Below are positions 25,706-38,038 of a DNA stretch of 64,000 nt, in pieces. The notes beneath the pieces were generated by a model. That model was not told where the DNA came from, did not search any database, and was given only the letters and a program-made list of their open reading frames with translations. The position numbers were made by a program, and so were the translations under genes. Source of the DNA: Azolla caroliniana (lineage: Eukaryota > Plantae > Polypodiophyta). The stretch lies in the NCBI GenBank assembly GCA_043228905.1, contig JBHGNT010000017.1, positions 11,222,001-11,286,000 of the forward strand, read 5' to 3'. Within the stretch, counting starts at the first letter, position 1. Every line of letters begins with the position of its first letter.

Positions 25706-28443
25706 ATATTTTACGGAGTGAAACTAACTTTACTTTTTAAAAAAACAGGATTTAGTTTGTTTTTCTTTTGTAGGCGGAAGGCTTCTTATTCGAGTCTCAT
25801 GCCAAAGAGCAACATGATGAAGATGCATCCTTATTCTACACAGATTTGATGCCTATGCTAGTCTGTTCTTTTCTTGAGAAAGACTTTTGATGTGGACATT
25901 ATATGTTGATCAATGATTTATGTTTTGGATGGCTTACTTAACAGGTTGAAGTTCAAGACACTATTGGTGTTGAGGCATTTGTGAGGATTTCACCGTGCAT
26001 GACATTAATTTCGGACTCAGTGAGTGCACGCCCTCAATTCGAGACATTGACTGCAGCCACATCTTCCCGCATGCCTTTTGCTCTCTATCAGAAGTACCTT
26101 CGAGCACTAGACAAGTATGGTCATGCAACATAATGTTATTGTAAGGGCAAAGTTAGATTGTCTAACCAACAGGAGTTGTTGGGGTATTGATATGTAGCTA
26201 ATTATATAATGGTAAAAAAGGGGAGTAAACGTGGATGTTGCTTGTCTCTTCATGGCTACTAACTATGTGTTGTTGTTTGTCTTTATATGATGGGTGAACT
26301 ACGCTAGGTCCATCCCAAATGTGATTAAAGATATGTGATGTATCTGATATTCCATTGTCTTTCTGGTTGTGGCACACAGATATATCAAAGATTCGAAGGC
26401 CAAAAATGAGTCTCCCTTCTTACAAGGCCTCTCTCTATCAAGTGATGAACGCGTAATAGAAATAGATGGCATATCACAAACAGTGATTCAACATGTTGGC
26501 TCCAAATCAACATCTGGTGTGTGTGCGTGTGTATATATGTATGTACTTATGTATATATAGACATTGAATTGCCACAATGGTAAAATATTTGCGTGCGCTT
26601 ATAGGTAGGTTAACCTTGACAACCTATGCCCTTTACTTTGAGCCATCGTCGATCATGTCGTATAAGGACCCTGTTAAGCTCAATTTGACTGCGGATGTTG
26701 GGCATGAGGTGGCTCCGGATCTGTCAGGGCCCTGGGGAACACGCATCTTTGACAAAGCCATCGCCTACAAGACGAGTTCATTGTAAGAAAATATAATAAA
26801 TGTAAACCCATTTGTTGGCACATAAGTTTTTGTGGTCTTATCGTAATTTAATTTGTTTAACCAAGTGTCCTTACTTTATATGCACCAGCAGTTCAGAACC
26901 TATAGTGTTTGAGTTCCCAGAGATGATTGGATCTGCACGTCGTGACTATTGGCTTGCAATGATTCAGGAAGTAATAGATTGCCATAGGTTTATAAGGAAG
27001 TATGGGTTGGATGATGCATGCCGGTATGAAGCATTAGCAAGGGCTATGCTTGGAGTGATACGTCTTCAAGCCGTGAAAGAGAGTACTAGAGCCTTACCTT
27101 CAAAGCCAGGGGCGTTGTTGATCTTCAATCTAGCTGAAGGTTTCCTGTCGTGGGGTGACTTGATCTTGGAGGCACTTGTTGACACGCTTAAGAATGCGTC
27201 AACAGATGTGAAGGGTAAAGAGGATGTGGATATTGATAGTGGAGAGGATGGAAGCATTGCAGTGCCGATTTCTGCTGTTCGGGCATTACAACATGTAAGC
27301 TTGTGGCCATTGGATCAGTCAAAAGCTCCAGTAATTGTGTACAGAATTAGACCCGGCGTACCCACTCACCTAGAGAAAGTAGTGATGGAATCATCGGATA
27401 GCTCGAAGCTGACACAGAAGGCGAAAGCACTAGAAGAGGATGTTAAGTTGGAAGGGATTGGGATCAACATAGCTATTATGAATGTAAGCCATCGAAGTAG
27501 TTTGTAGTAGTAGGCAAGGCAACCCAATTTTTCATATATGTATGTATGTATGTATGTATGCATGGTTTGAACTTGACTTATGACTTAAAGAAAGCCACCA
27601 CCTTGTGTGGATGGATGGGGCCAATTCATAATTGCTTTGGTTTATGAATTTGTCCTTCCTGTCTTGGCAGGAACTACTCAGACCTGTTTTGGCCTTATTT
27701 GTATGGATCGGCCTTATATGCTCTTGGGCTAGACCACTTGAGACCATTCATGTTATCGTCATTCTCACTTATGTCATCTATAGGTACGCTTGCAAAGCCT
27801 TGCTGGTTAAAAAGGTTCTTTTCTAGTTTAGGTTTGATAAGATCTTCATGTTTATCCTTCAGGAATTGGTTAGGTTATATACCACCACTTCTACTTGTTG
27901 TAGCGGGTGTGTATATAATATGGCTTAGAGTGACTAATAAGGTCTCTAAATATCAAGAAATTGTGGTGCAAACTCCACCTGGGGTTAGTCTAGAGCAAGT
28001 TGTGAATGCCCAAAGAGCAATATCGCAAATCCAAGGGCTTCTTCAAGCACTAAATATTGGCATCTTGAAGATATGGGCATTGGCACTCTCTCTAAAGCCA
28101 GAGGTAAGCATTGTCATCATTCGTATTGACAGTAATAACATTTGTGTTTTTTGTATTCATGTAATAATTATCTCTCATCATGGTTTTCTTTTTGTCTTCT
28201 CAGGCAACAAACCTAGTTTTTGTTATCTTTTTCGTTGCTGCTCTAGTGTTGACATTCCTTCCTTTGAGAGTTATGATATTCACTGTTCTTGTAATTGTAT
28301 TTACATCAAAGTTTAGGAACAATACTATAGAAGGCAGGTTGCATAGGCGATGTAGGGACTTGTGGCATAGCATACCACCTCTTCCTGTTCGTGTGGTAGA
28401 ATCTGAAGAGGAAAAAAAGTTGCATGAAGCACTTCAAGGTTAA
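24225..28443 (+). CDS. DUF639-family plant protein, 11 coding exons, about 826 aa
   Basis: GT-AG exons 24225-24231, 24478-24901, 25306 (or 25333)-25597, 25774-25860, 25945-26114, 26380-26516, 26605-26782, 26892-27483, 27671-27783, 27863-28103, 28204-28443. They sum to 2481 nt in frame. Motifs YARSFVEYCC, FDCMVAWETP, GRLTLTTYALYFE, GPWGTRIFDKA, RRDYWLAMIQE. Confidence 0.88.
24595..24765 (+). repeat. Coding trinucleotide repeats (Ser, Glu/Lys, Glu, Asn tracts) in DUF639 exon 2
   Basis: (TCA)n, (GAGAAG)n, (GAG)n, (GAA)n and (AAT)n. Confidence 0.85.
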
Positions 28444-28500
28444 AACCAGATATGGAAAAAAAGTTGCATGAAGCACTTCAAGGTTAAAACCAGATATGGA
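28410..28500 (+). repeat. 44-bp tandem duplication spanning the DUF639 stop codon
   Basis: ggaaaaaaagttgcatgaagcacttcaaggttaaaaccagatat occurs twice. Confidence 0.9.
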
Positions 28501-28961
28501 TGATAAATGATAGCAACAAGTTGTAACCCTTGATAGATTCAGGTAAGAAAATTCAAGATGAATTATCAAGATAGATTCCATATGGTTGAAGAAGTTCATT
28601 TTTGCAATACTATTCTAAGTGTTAGAATCCAAATGTGAGCAAGTGTCGGGGGATTTTGAGATTTCAGAGTGTTTCTTTGCTTCCACATTTGTACATATAC
28701 TAGGGATTTGAGAAATGGACATAGTTTATATTTTTTGTGGTGAATCCCCTTTAATTGGTTACATTTGAAATATGTAAATATGTAAATATAATGCCTAATT
28801 GTATTGAAAATATATTTTCCATGAAGTGTAATCATTAGTGGGTTGTAATGTTGATTGTAGTGGTTAATTGGCTTGAATGTAAGAATAATCCCCCTTCTCA
28901 TTAGATGATCAGCTGATAACCAGGGGAACAAGGACTAGCAAAATATAATGTTAGGTTACGC

Positions 28962-29186
28962 AAATTTGATATCATGAATGTACGATTGGGTAATTGTGTG
29001 AACTTTTGACAATATATTTGCCATGAAGTGAACATTAGTTGGGTTGGCCAAAAAATTTGTGTGGGAACGGAAGAAATTTGATATCATGAATGTACGATTG
29101 GGTAATTGTGTGAACTTTTGACAATATATTTGCCATGAAGTGGACATTAGTTGGGTTGCCCAAAAAATTTGTGTGGGAACAGAAGA
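28962..29186. repeat. 112-bp tandem duplication
   Basis: Units start at 28962 and 29074. Confidence 0.88.
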
Positions 29187-29646
29187 TCAAATCTAAGTAA
29201 AAAAAAAATCTTCCCGATTGCTAGTCCTAGAATTAAAATGCATGGAAATTTGGAACATGAGTTTGTGTTTGAAGAAGATCCATCGACACTCTGTGACTTC
29301 ACTAGTTGATAAGTTTTATTAGCTAATTGAAATTGTATTTGTTGGGTGATAAGTTGATAATGTGTAGTAACTAATTAGGTAAGTGATAGATTCTAGGAAA
29401 TCTAAGAAGGTTCTAGCTAAATGATACAATAAACTAAATATTGTTTTTGAGTTAATAGTAATTTAAGAGTTGTTTTTTTAGGTCATTAGCTAAATGATAA
29501 TGTGTCATAACGAATGAGCTAAATGATCACTTTTAATAGCTAATTAACGAAGATTGACATTGTTTTTAAAGCAAAAAGGTGAGGCAAACACTAAGCGACG
29601 ACAAAGAATTATATGATAAGGGGATTTTTTTCTTATGGATTTTGCC

Positions 29647-31785
29647 TTTTTTTTTTTCCAAAAGAAGAATATACTCCATTAGTTAAAATGACATACAATA
29701 CACAACTTTAGACATTACCTACTTCCATATGGACTACATCACTTATTTATCTTACACTAAATAGCCCACATGTTTGTTCTCTATGTTTGTCGTGTCATTC
29801 ACGCCCCTCTATCATCTAATGGGAGGGGAGAACAACCATCTCGGTACTACGTATTGCCATCATATCTCCACTCCAATTTCTGTAGCCATCGGTGTAGTAC
29901 ACCATCGTTTTTTGAATTTCAGCCTCATTAAATCTGAAGCATCATCTGTTCCATCAATCTGCTCATATTGGGCCCTCAATGTAGTTATTAGCATGTGCCA
30001 TATTAGCTTAATAGATTCTGCTGGAGGCCGTTTGTTTGCTAAAAATACCCTGGTACATCTTGCGGTCCAAATGTTCCATATGATAATGGGTGCTAGCAAC
30101 ATTCATAGATCTACAATTTTCTGCTTCTGGGCATTACTTCTAGGTGCACTGTTACCAACGATCACTCGAATAGTTCCATTCTCCCCTTTGTACATAGTTG
30201 TACATGTCCTATCAAAATTCTCTACGTCATCATCAAGACAATTCCAACAACCATGTCCCCAATTGAGGGTAAATGAGCTAGAGGCATGACAAAGCAATCG
30301 TAATGCCCTTCTCCATACTACCGTAGCCTCATGACATTCCCAAAGACAATGGGAAATGCTTTCTAGTTGTCCACATGCACTACATCTTGGGTCTACATTG
30401 GGGCCTTTTGCCCATGCCCCTACTGGCAAGGCTCTATGCACAACAAGCCATAAGCACATCATTATCTTGCGATCACCGCTGTCATGCCATACCATTTTCC
30501 AGAATTTAGCTAATCTCCTTTCACTAATGCCCTCTTGTATCCAAAATTTACGAGCTGCAATATCTTGGTGTTCTTGTTTTAGGATAATTTGCCTCCCGAT
30601 TTTCGTGTTGTACCTGAAAAATTGCACCAACTTGGCACCATCACTTGGACCTTGAGTTTTCCAGAAATACATCGTAGGGTCCCATGATAGCTGATTTGTA
30701 TGCCCTTCTATCGGCCAACACACTGTCGTTGGTTTGAGCTCACTCGGTTCGGGGTCAACTATCATAGCCTTTCCATTTTTTGCAAGCAACCTAATCGGCC
30801 TTTCAATTTGATAGGCTGGTTGCTCACATATTACCCTTCTATGCTCTATTTTGTAGTAGCATGCCTCATTAGAGTTGGCTTTCATTCCCTTAATTTCGAC
30901 TATATAATTTTCAGCATCGATGAGTCCTGTCCATTCCATTTTAGAGGGGCTTATGGTTGCTTCTTCCAAGATTTGCCCGCTACGTGCAAAGGCATATGTA
31001 ATCCTCATTAGCATGCATTTACCCCTGTTTATCCTCCATATTCTAGCCTTTTGAGTGCCCACATCATTACGTAGAAATCTCTTCCAATTTGCCAATGTAT
31101 TCCCTTGGGCATTGATTAAATTGGCCCATTTGAAACCTGTTTTTTGTCCTATCATCAGCCCATCCACATCTCTAATTAATGGGTTCCAAACAATAGGCAT
31201 GTACATTCGAGCATATGCATCATTTCTCCACCTACAAACGATTCCCTTTCTTATTCCATTCCATGCCTTCATAATTCCAACAGCACATATACTCTGTGTA
31301 CATCCCCGGTATTTGGGTCGCATTTCAGGCACAAACCCCCAAAAAGGGCTACTTGGCCAACTCCTGCCATGTCTTGGCAACCACATCTTCCATCTGCGTC
31401 GCCAGAGAATTTTCCAAGGTGCCTCAGGTGGTTGCAAGCTCCTGACCACCAATTTGCCTAGCAAAGCCTTCGTTTGCACCATAGGATCTATTAGTCCCAC
31501 CCCACCTTCACGTTTATCTTTTATGAGTGTAGTCCATGCAACCTTTGCACAAGCATGTTTTTCCTCGATGCCCCCCCATAAGAAATTTTTGATCAACCTT
31601 TTTATCAATTTCATCGACTTGGGTGCGATTATCCAACATGCCGCAGTATGCCATATTGTGGCCATTAGCACCTGATTTGCAATCACAATATTGGCTGCAA
31701 AGGATAATTTTCTTGCATTCCCGGGATGGACATTGATCGCTCAGAACACTACACTCTACTTGTGGACAAAATAAAAGCGAGGTAG
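29647..31785 (-). mobile_element. 5'-truncated L1 LINE (LINE B): ORF2 C-terminal region with zf-RVT
   Basis: T11 tail at 29647-29657; 10-bp TSD GGATTTTGCC at 29637-29646 and 31786-31795; KVAW...EGGVGLID; CSACGQLESISHCLWEC. Confidence 0.9.
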
Positions 31786-31904
31786 GGATTTTGCCATTTG
31801 TTGGCCCTACCATTGCCTAATAGAGATCAACCAACGTAAGTAGAGTGTTGTTTGTTGAAGGAAGTTTGAAGTGGTTGTTTCTCATTGTGTTCTTCTTGAA
31901 ACGT

Positions 31905-32185
31905 TTGTCCTATACCTGTTTGAACGGCATTTGTCAAACTTGTCTCTTCTTGAGAATTCGTGATACGATTGTGATAGAAATCCTCATTGCAGAAACCCAA
32001 AACATCCATTGCGGTCGTGTCTTCATCCATGGGAATCCAAGTGTCATGATCAATTAGAAGTTCAATTCTTTCGATGCTATTCATTCGAAGATGATAGTCA
32101 CACTGATCACAAATACTCTTATTTTGTTTAAGAAATTTCACATGAAGCGTATTCTCACAATTGTCACACTGAACCCATAAAATCC
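31905..32185 (-). pseudogene. accD: Nuclear plastid DNA (NUPT): fragment of plastid acetyl-CoA carboxylase beta subunit
   Basis: LWVQCDNCEN...KFLKQNKSICDQCDYHLRMNSIERIELLID..TWIPMDED...AVQTGIGQ matches the accD C4 zinc-finger region. Confidence 0.9.
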
Positions 32186-32361
32186 CTTGTCTACGTAACT
32201 TATTTTTTGTTCAATTTTCTTGGTGTGGTAAAGGCTAGAGCTCAAGGTCAAGTGGCTTCTCTCTAATAACTCTTTACTATTTCATTTTGGGTGGTTTGGT
32301 TCTCAAATAGGTGGAACTTGCAAGGGCTATCTTGACATTTTGCCTCTCATAATTATATATA

Positions 32362-33690
32362 TGTTATAGAATAGAATGATTAAGCAAGATAAAAGAGTGA
32401 TTAGAAATTAATCAAGATCACAATACAATTTTTAGATAGAGCCCATAGGTTATGCTTTTCCATATCTATTCCAAAATGATTGAGATACATAAGTTTTATG
32501 ACTCACAAGATGATGAGATGCATGCATACTATTTACATCATGAAGTCTTGTTAACTAGAGTTTAATACTAAGATAAGTATAGCATGACTTGTTTTATGCA
32601 TGAATTCATAACACTCCCCCTCATCTCATCATCATTGGTTTAGCTCATCAGCTTGTTCCAAGTCCAAGAGAAGGAATGTTCAACCAATATTTTGATGCAG
32701 GTAAACTTTTGGTAAAACTATATAAATTGATTTGAAGATGTTGCAGTTAATGTTTGCTTTGTCACGCCAAGAGATTGTTGTGCTACCAACAAGCATATAT
32801 TGTTTGTGATCTACCAACATGAGGGTCAGATAAGAACCCGACGTCAGAATAACCAGTTAATTGACCGTGCATAGAACCGTTGGTAAAGAAAAGACCCATA
32901 TCTTTAGTACCTCGTAAATATCGAAAAATTTTCTTAAAATTCCAGTCCAGTGTCGCTTGGTAGGATCGTGACTATACCAAGCCAACAAATTGATAGCAAA
33001 CGAAATGTTCAGATGCGTACAATTGGCCAAGTACATAAGTGCACGGCCATGTAAGGATATTGTGGTCCCAATGCTGACTCGTTAGAAGATCTTGGCCGAA
33101 ATGGGTCACAAGAAGGATCTAGAGAGCACACTACCATAGGAGTTCTAATAGGATGAGCTTGATCCATAAAAAACCGTTTTAATATTTTATGGATATAAGA
33201 GCTCTAATTCCATTAAATAGGTGTTCGATGTGAAGACCCAAGTAGAATGTAGTTAAACTGAGGTCTTTCATTTCAAATTGGCGGCTAAGCATAGCAACAT
33301 CATCTTCAATAGCATTGGATGTTCCAATAATATTGAGATCATCAACATAAATAACGATGATGACAAATTCTTTGAGATGATGCTTGATAAATATGCAAGG
33401 AGAAATATCATCATAAAGATACGTTGTAACCACATCCACCACATCCCTAAGATGCATATGAAGACTTCGTTGAACAGTAAATTGAATCAACCAACGAAAA
33501 CTTGTTCCATCCATAACCGGAGATTATGTATAAGTATAATCAATATCATATCAGTGTGTGAAACCTTGAGCAACAAACCTTGTCTTAAATAAATTTGCAC
33601 ATAAACCCAATGATAGGCAACAGATGTATGACCGATAGGCGTCTCTTGAATTTTACCAAAAACTCCTCGGTTGAGAAGACTATGTAGCTC
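32362..33690 (-). mobile_element. Ty1/copia 3' fragment (degenerate RT/RNase H, PPT, 3' LTR 32362-32613)
   Basis: LTR with TGTTAT...ATAACA termini; PPT at 32614-32621; IVIYVDDLNIIG and FEMKDL. Confidence 0.8.
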
Positions 33691-34488
33691 CCTGGGGCTT
33701 CACTGTGAAAACTTGTATGATAGCACGTGAGTTTATCAAAAGGGGTTTAAATTAACCATTGAGATACAGAATGTATATATATAAGGGTATTAACAAATGC
33801 ATAAAAAATATATTTACATAAGGGTATTATCAATTATGCTATAGAAAAAAATTACATAAGCCCATCAAATATTAGATATTTCAATGAGATAATAAAGAGT
33901 ATATTGTACAAACAATAGTCAAATTTGGAGTGGCATGCATACATACATACATACATATACATGCATATATGTACCTACATTTAAACATGACATCCATAAA
34001 TATGTATATGGGTAAAAGCATGCGAGTGGAAACACTATTATAGCTAATTAGCTACTAAAATGGCCATAGCTAATTAGTTATTTGTTTAGCTAGTCTTTTT
34101 TGTGGGAAAATCAAATATTTGAAAAACTAATTTATGAAAAAACTCAAATATTTGAACTTCTGTTTCAGACGTAGTGGAACTTGGGGAATAGCACCATCAT
34201 CTAAGGTCGACTTCAATGTCATCAATTTCCTGTTTAGCCTAAGTCTGATTTTGAACGCAAATGGAGTACTCAGAGCACGAACACAGACGTAGCTCCCGCA
34301 ATAGCAGAAAATCGACATTGCAGATTGAGAGCTACAACACAGAACCCGCTCGATCATTGTCCAGGTATGTTTTAGTTACAGAAACCCCAAACATTTGTTT
34401 TTTCTTTTTGACTACTGTTTGAACTTTGGTGCCGATTCATATTTCCCCAAAATCGAATAGGGCGAAGTCCTTGGAGTCCCATACAAGG

Positions 34489-37400
34489 ATGTCTCGAAAA
34501 TTGGGGAGTAGCAACAGGTGTGTTTATATTACTTTTTTTGTGTTTAATCCTGTCTTTAGTGATGATTGGGGTTTCTGATTGAAATTTTTGATTAGGGTTT
34601 TTGTTTATAAATTTCTGATTAGAATTTCTGATTAGGGTTTGTGATTGAAATTTCTGATTAGGGTTTTTTATTATAAATTTCTGATTAGAATTTCTGAATA
34701 GGGTTTCTGGTTACAAATTTTGATTACAGATTAGAATTTCTGATTAGAATTTTTTAATAGGATTTTTGTTTATAAATTTTTGTTTAGGATTTCTGATTAG
34801 GGTTTGTGATTGAAATTTTTGATTAGGGTTTTTGATTATAAATTTCTGAATAAGGTTTCTGGTTACAATTTTCTGATTACAGATTTTGATTAGGGTTTCT
34901 GATTTCAAAATTCTGATTACAGATTTTGATTAGGGTTTCTTCAAATTTCTGAATACAAATTATGATTAGGGTTTCTAATTTGCTAAGTTAAAGATTTTGC
35001 ACCATTTTTGTTGTTGATTGGGGTTTCTGATTCTCACATATTCTGATTTTGCACTATTTTTTATTTCTGAAATGATATTTCAGATGGCTCGTTCCTCCGT
35101 ATACGAGAGTGCTAAACTTCGCAAAATTTTGCGAGACAAAGGAGGACTTCCACAACACCTATGGTCTGTCACTCGAGGGTGTTGACCCTGTTGTCCTAAG
35201 TGATAAATTGATCAGTGATGTAGACTGGATGACAGTATATACAGTGCCTAGAGTCAAAGGCAAGGTCAAGCTGAAGCATGTACGAGCCGACTTGTACGAT
35301 GACTGCATAAGACTGCACCAGAAAGTTCATCAAGAGATCCCAGTTAACAATGAGTTGTCAGTTTCATTTGCTAGAGCATTTGCATATGAGTACTGCAAAA
35401 CAACAAAGGAATCCAGAGACCCTGAAATGTATAGGGTAGCTTGGGCAGTCTATGGTGAGGCATCGGTAAAAAGATGCCGAAAGATGGGGACCTTGGCACA
35501 AAAAATAGATAGATTTTGGAGCATGGCAGTTGTTGATGCAACTGCTGACTCCCAGCAAGACCGGGGGCATACACCACACTGACACCCTAGGAAAGCCAAT
35601 GTCGATGATACAGGTGAGACATTGGTTAGCTATATGCTAAAAAATGTCCATGAAGCCTGTGAGACATTGGCATTTTTTAAGACTGATTTAGAGAAAGCCA
35701 CAATGGCTTCTACAATGGAGAGCAAAGTTACTTCCATTGTTACAACAATTAGAAATAAGATTCAGGTAACTATTGTTTTGCTGGTATGTGATTGTGTTAT
35801 AAATAACGGGTAAAATGTGCTAATCAAGCATTATCTAGAATAGGTTGCGCAACAGGAGCTTGAATTAGAGGGGCCACTGGATCCCCAACGTAAAATAGAA
35901 CTGCAAATAGAGATCCAGGTTCTTTCAATGAACCTGGACCTTCTAGGTGTAAATACTGTTGCAGATTACAATTTGGATAAGCTTCAAGTAAGTTAACGAT
36001 TCCTGAGCAAAGTTGGTGTATCTTTCAACAACAAGAATAATTAGTCGGTAAATTTCTCTATTGCGTTGAAGGAACAATACATTCATCAAGAACAGGTAGT
36101 TAGCTGCCTTAAGAAGCAGCTACATTTTGTGGAGGGAATGGTAAGGACCAGACAGGATTTGGACCTGAACATTCTTGCTCCCTTACCAAATGAAGTAGAA
36201 CCAGAAAATGATTTATTGACAGTTCAAGCACGTTGCATCGCTTGCGGGTTAGGTGTGGAGGACAAAACTGTGTCTTTGTTGGTTCACCTACAACCATGCA
36301 ACCACACATACCATCTGCTTTGTTTTCAACATGCCTGTCGAATTGCTGCATTCTGTTTGGGAGATTGCAGTACAACTCTACCAAATGAGTGGAGAAAACT
36401 AACAGGTATACCATACTTTAGCTAATAAGCTTAGTCTTTTCTAATTAGCTATCCTACTAATTAGCTACTGGCAGCTAATTAGCTATCCTAGTAGCTAATT
36501 AGCTAGTACCATAGTTGTGTAAAAAAGCTAATTAGCTATCCTACTAGCTAATTAGCTACTGGCAACTAATTAGCTATCCTAGTAACTAATTAGCTACTGC
36601 CATAGTTGTGTAAAGTAGCTAATAAGCTATCCTAGTAGCTAATTAGTTATGGTACTAGCTAATTAGCTAGTACCATAGTTGTGTAAAAAAGCTAATTAGC
36701 TACTAGCAACTAATTAGCTATCCTACTAGCTAATTAGCTATCCTAGTAGCTAATTAGCTACTGCCATAGTTGTGTAAAGTAGCTAATTAGCTACTGGCAG
36801 CTAATTAGCTATCCTAGTAGCTAATAAGCTATCCTAGCTACTACATAGTTGAGAAAGTAGTTAATTAGCTTTCATTGTAGCTAATTAGCTATCCTAGCTA
36901 CTACCATAGTTAGTAAAGTAGCTAATTAGCTATCCTAGCTACTACCATAGTTGAGTAAAGTAGCTAATTAGCTATCCTAGCTACTACCATAGTTGAGTAA
37001 AGTAGCTAATTAATTAGCTATCCTAGCTACTACATAGTTGAGAAAGTAGCTAATTAGCTATCCTAGCTACTACCATAGTTGAGTAAAGTAGCTAATTAGC
37101 TACCATAGTAGCTAATTAGCTATCCTAGCTACTACCATAGTTGAGTAAAGTAGCTAATTAGCTATCGTACTAGCTAATTAGTTATCCTAGCTTCTACCAT
37201 AGTTTAGTAAAGTAGCTAATTAGCTATCCTAAATAGCTGCCATGTTATTGTAGAATCTTGTGGATTAAGGACGGCACATGATGTGTCTGGTGCTGATGAC
37301 GTTGCAACAGATGAGGATACTATTGCCAACGTGGCTGAAAGTAAGAGTCCTGCTATCACATCTCCTTCAAATCAGCTCCACCCTATTCTTTTGGGACAGT

Positions 37401-37789
37401 GTACTGAATTAGGCAACGATGTGAAATGCCATGAAATAGTGGAAACAACATGTAAAACTGAGGTTCACAACAATAGTGTTTATGAACACTTGATGCAACA
37501 TTTCTTCGAATCTCAAGACCTAGATTCCACCCCACCGAGCCCAACTACTGAAAATGTCCAAACAGATCCCTCTGTACTTGAAAAGCTAGTTCAAGAAACG
37601 GCTGATGTGCAATTAGCTGCTGAGGCGATGGGAAGGTTGTCGGAGGAGGACACACTTGCGCATTAGGTGAAAGAAGCAAGGCTAAATGGGGAACCGACCA
37701 GAAAAAGGCTGAAGAAGGGGCCACGATCGGGAACAAGACCAGTTACTCGGTCAAGGGGCCCAGACGTAGTGGAGCGAAATACTGTTTAG
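34489..37789 (+). CDS. Transposon cargo gene: unknown N-terminal domain, coiled coil, RING-H2 finger, acidic tail with NLS (about 574 aa; two premature stops)
   Basis: Exons 34489-34517, 35084-35765, 35844-35987, 36072-36405, 37254-37789, all GT-AG and phase-compatible (1725 nt). RING pattern C-x2-C-x17-C-x-H-x2-H-x2-C-x10-C-x3-C. RKRLKK motif. Confidence 0.7.
34560..35035. repeat. Telobox-like (ATTAGGGTTT) degenerate tandem array in cargo intron 1
   Basis: About eight copies of attagggttt within ttctgatta units. Confidence 0.8.
36418..37232. repeat. Array of the palindrome TAGCTAATTAGCTA in cargo intron 4
   Basis: Dozens of copies separated by short recurring linkers such as tcctag and ccatagttg. 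Confidence 0.95.
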
Positions 37790-38038
37790 TTGGATATGAT
37801 TGTTAGCTTAGGGATTTTGCTAGGGTTTTATGAAGTTTTACTATCCTGTTGGACAAGTAAAACCTCAGATTGGTTGTTGCTTGATCCACATTATGTAATG
37901 GAACTCTATGATGTTTTTCCAAGATAATTTGAAGAGTGTTGTTCTATGACTGAAACTCTTTGATGTTCAGGATATTGTTTTGTGAGACTGTTAGTTACTT
38001 TGTGAGTGTGAATATGTTGGTGTTTTCTGATGTTGCAG

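Noticed and set aside
31827-32185. Functional nuclear accD, or LINE-mediated transduction of accD
   Set aside because: Short internal fragment with no transit peptide. It lies outside LINE B's TSD and looks unedited.
34560-35035. Interstitial telomere
   Set aside because: No contiguous (TTTAGGG)n; only isolated teloboxes within longer units.
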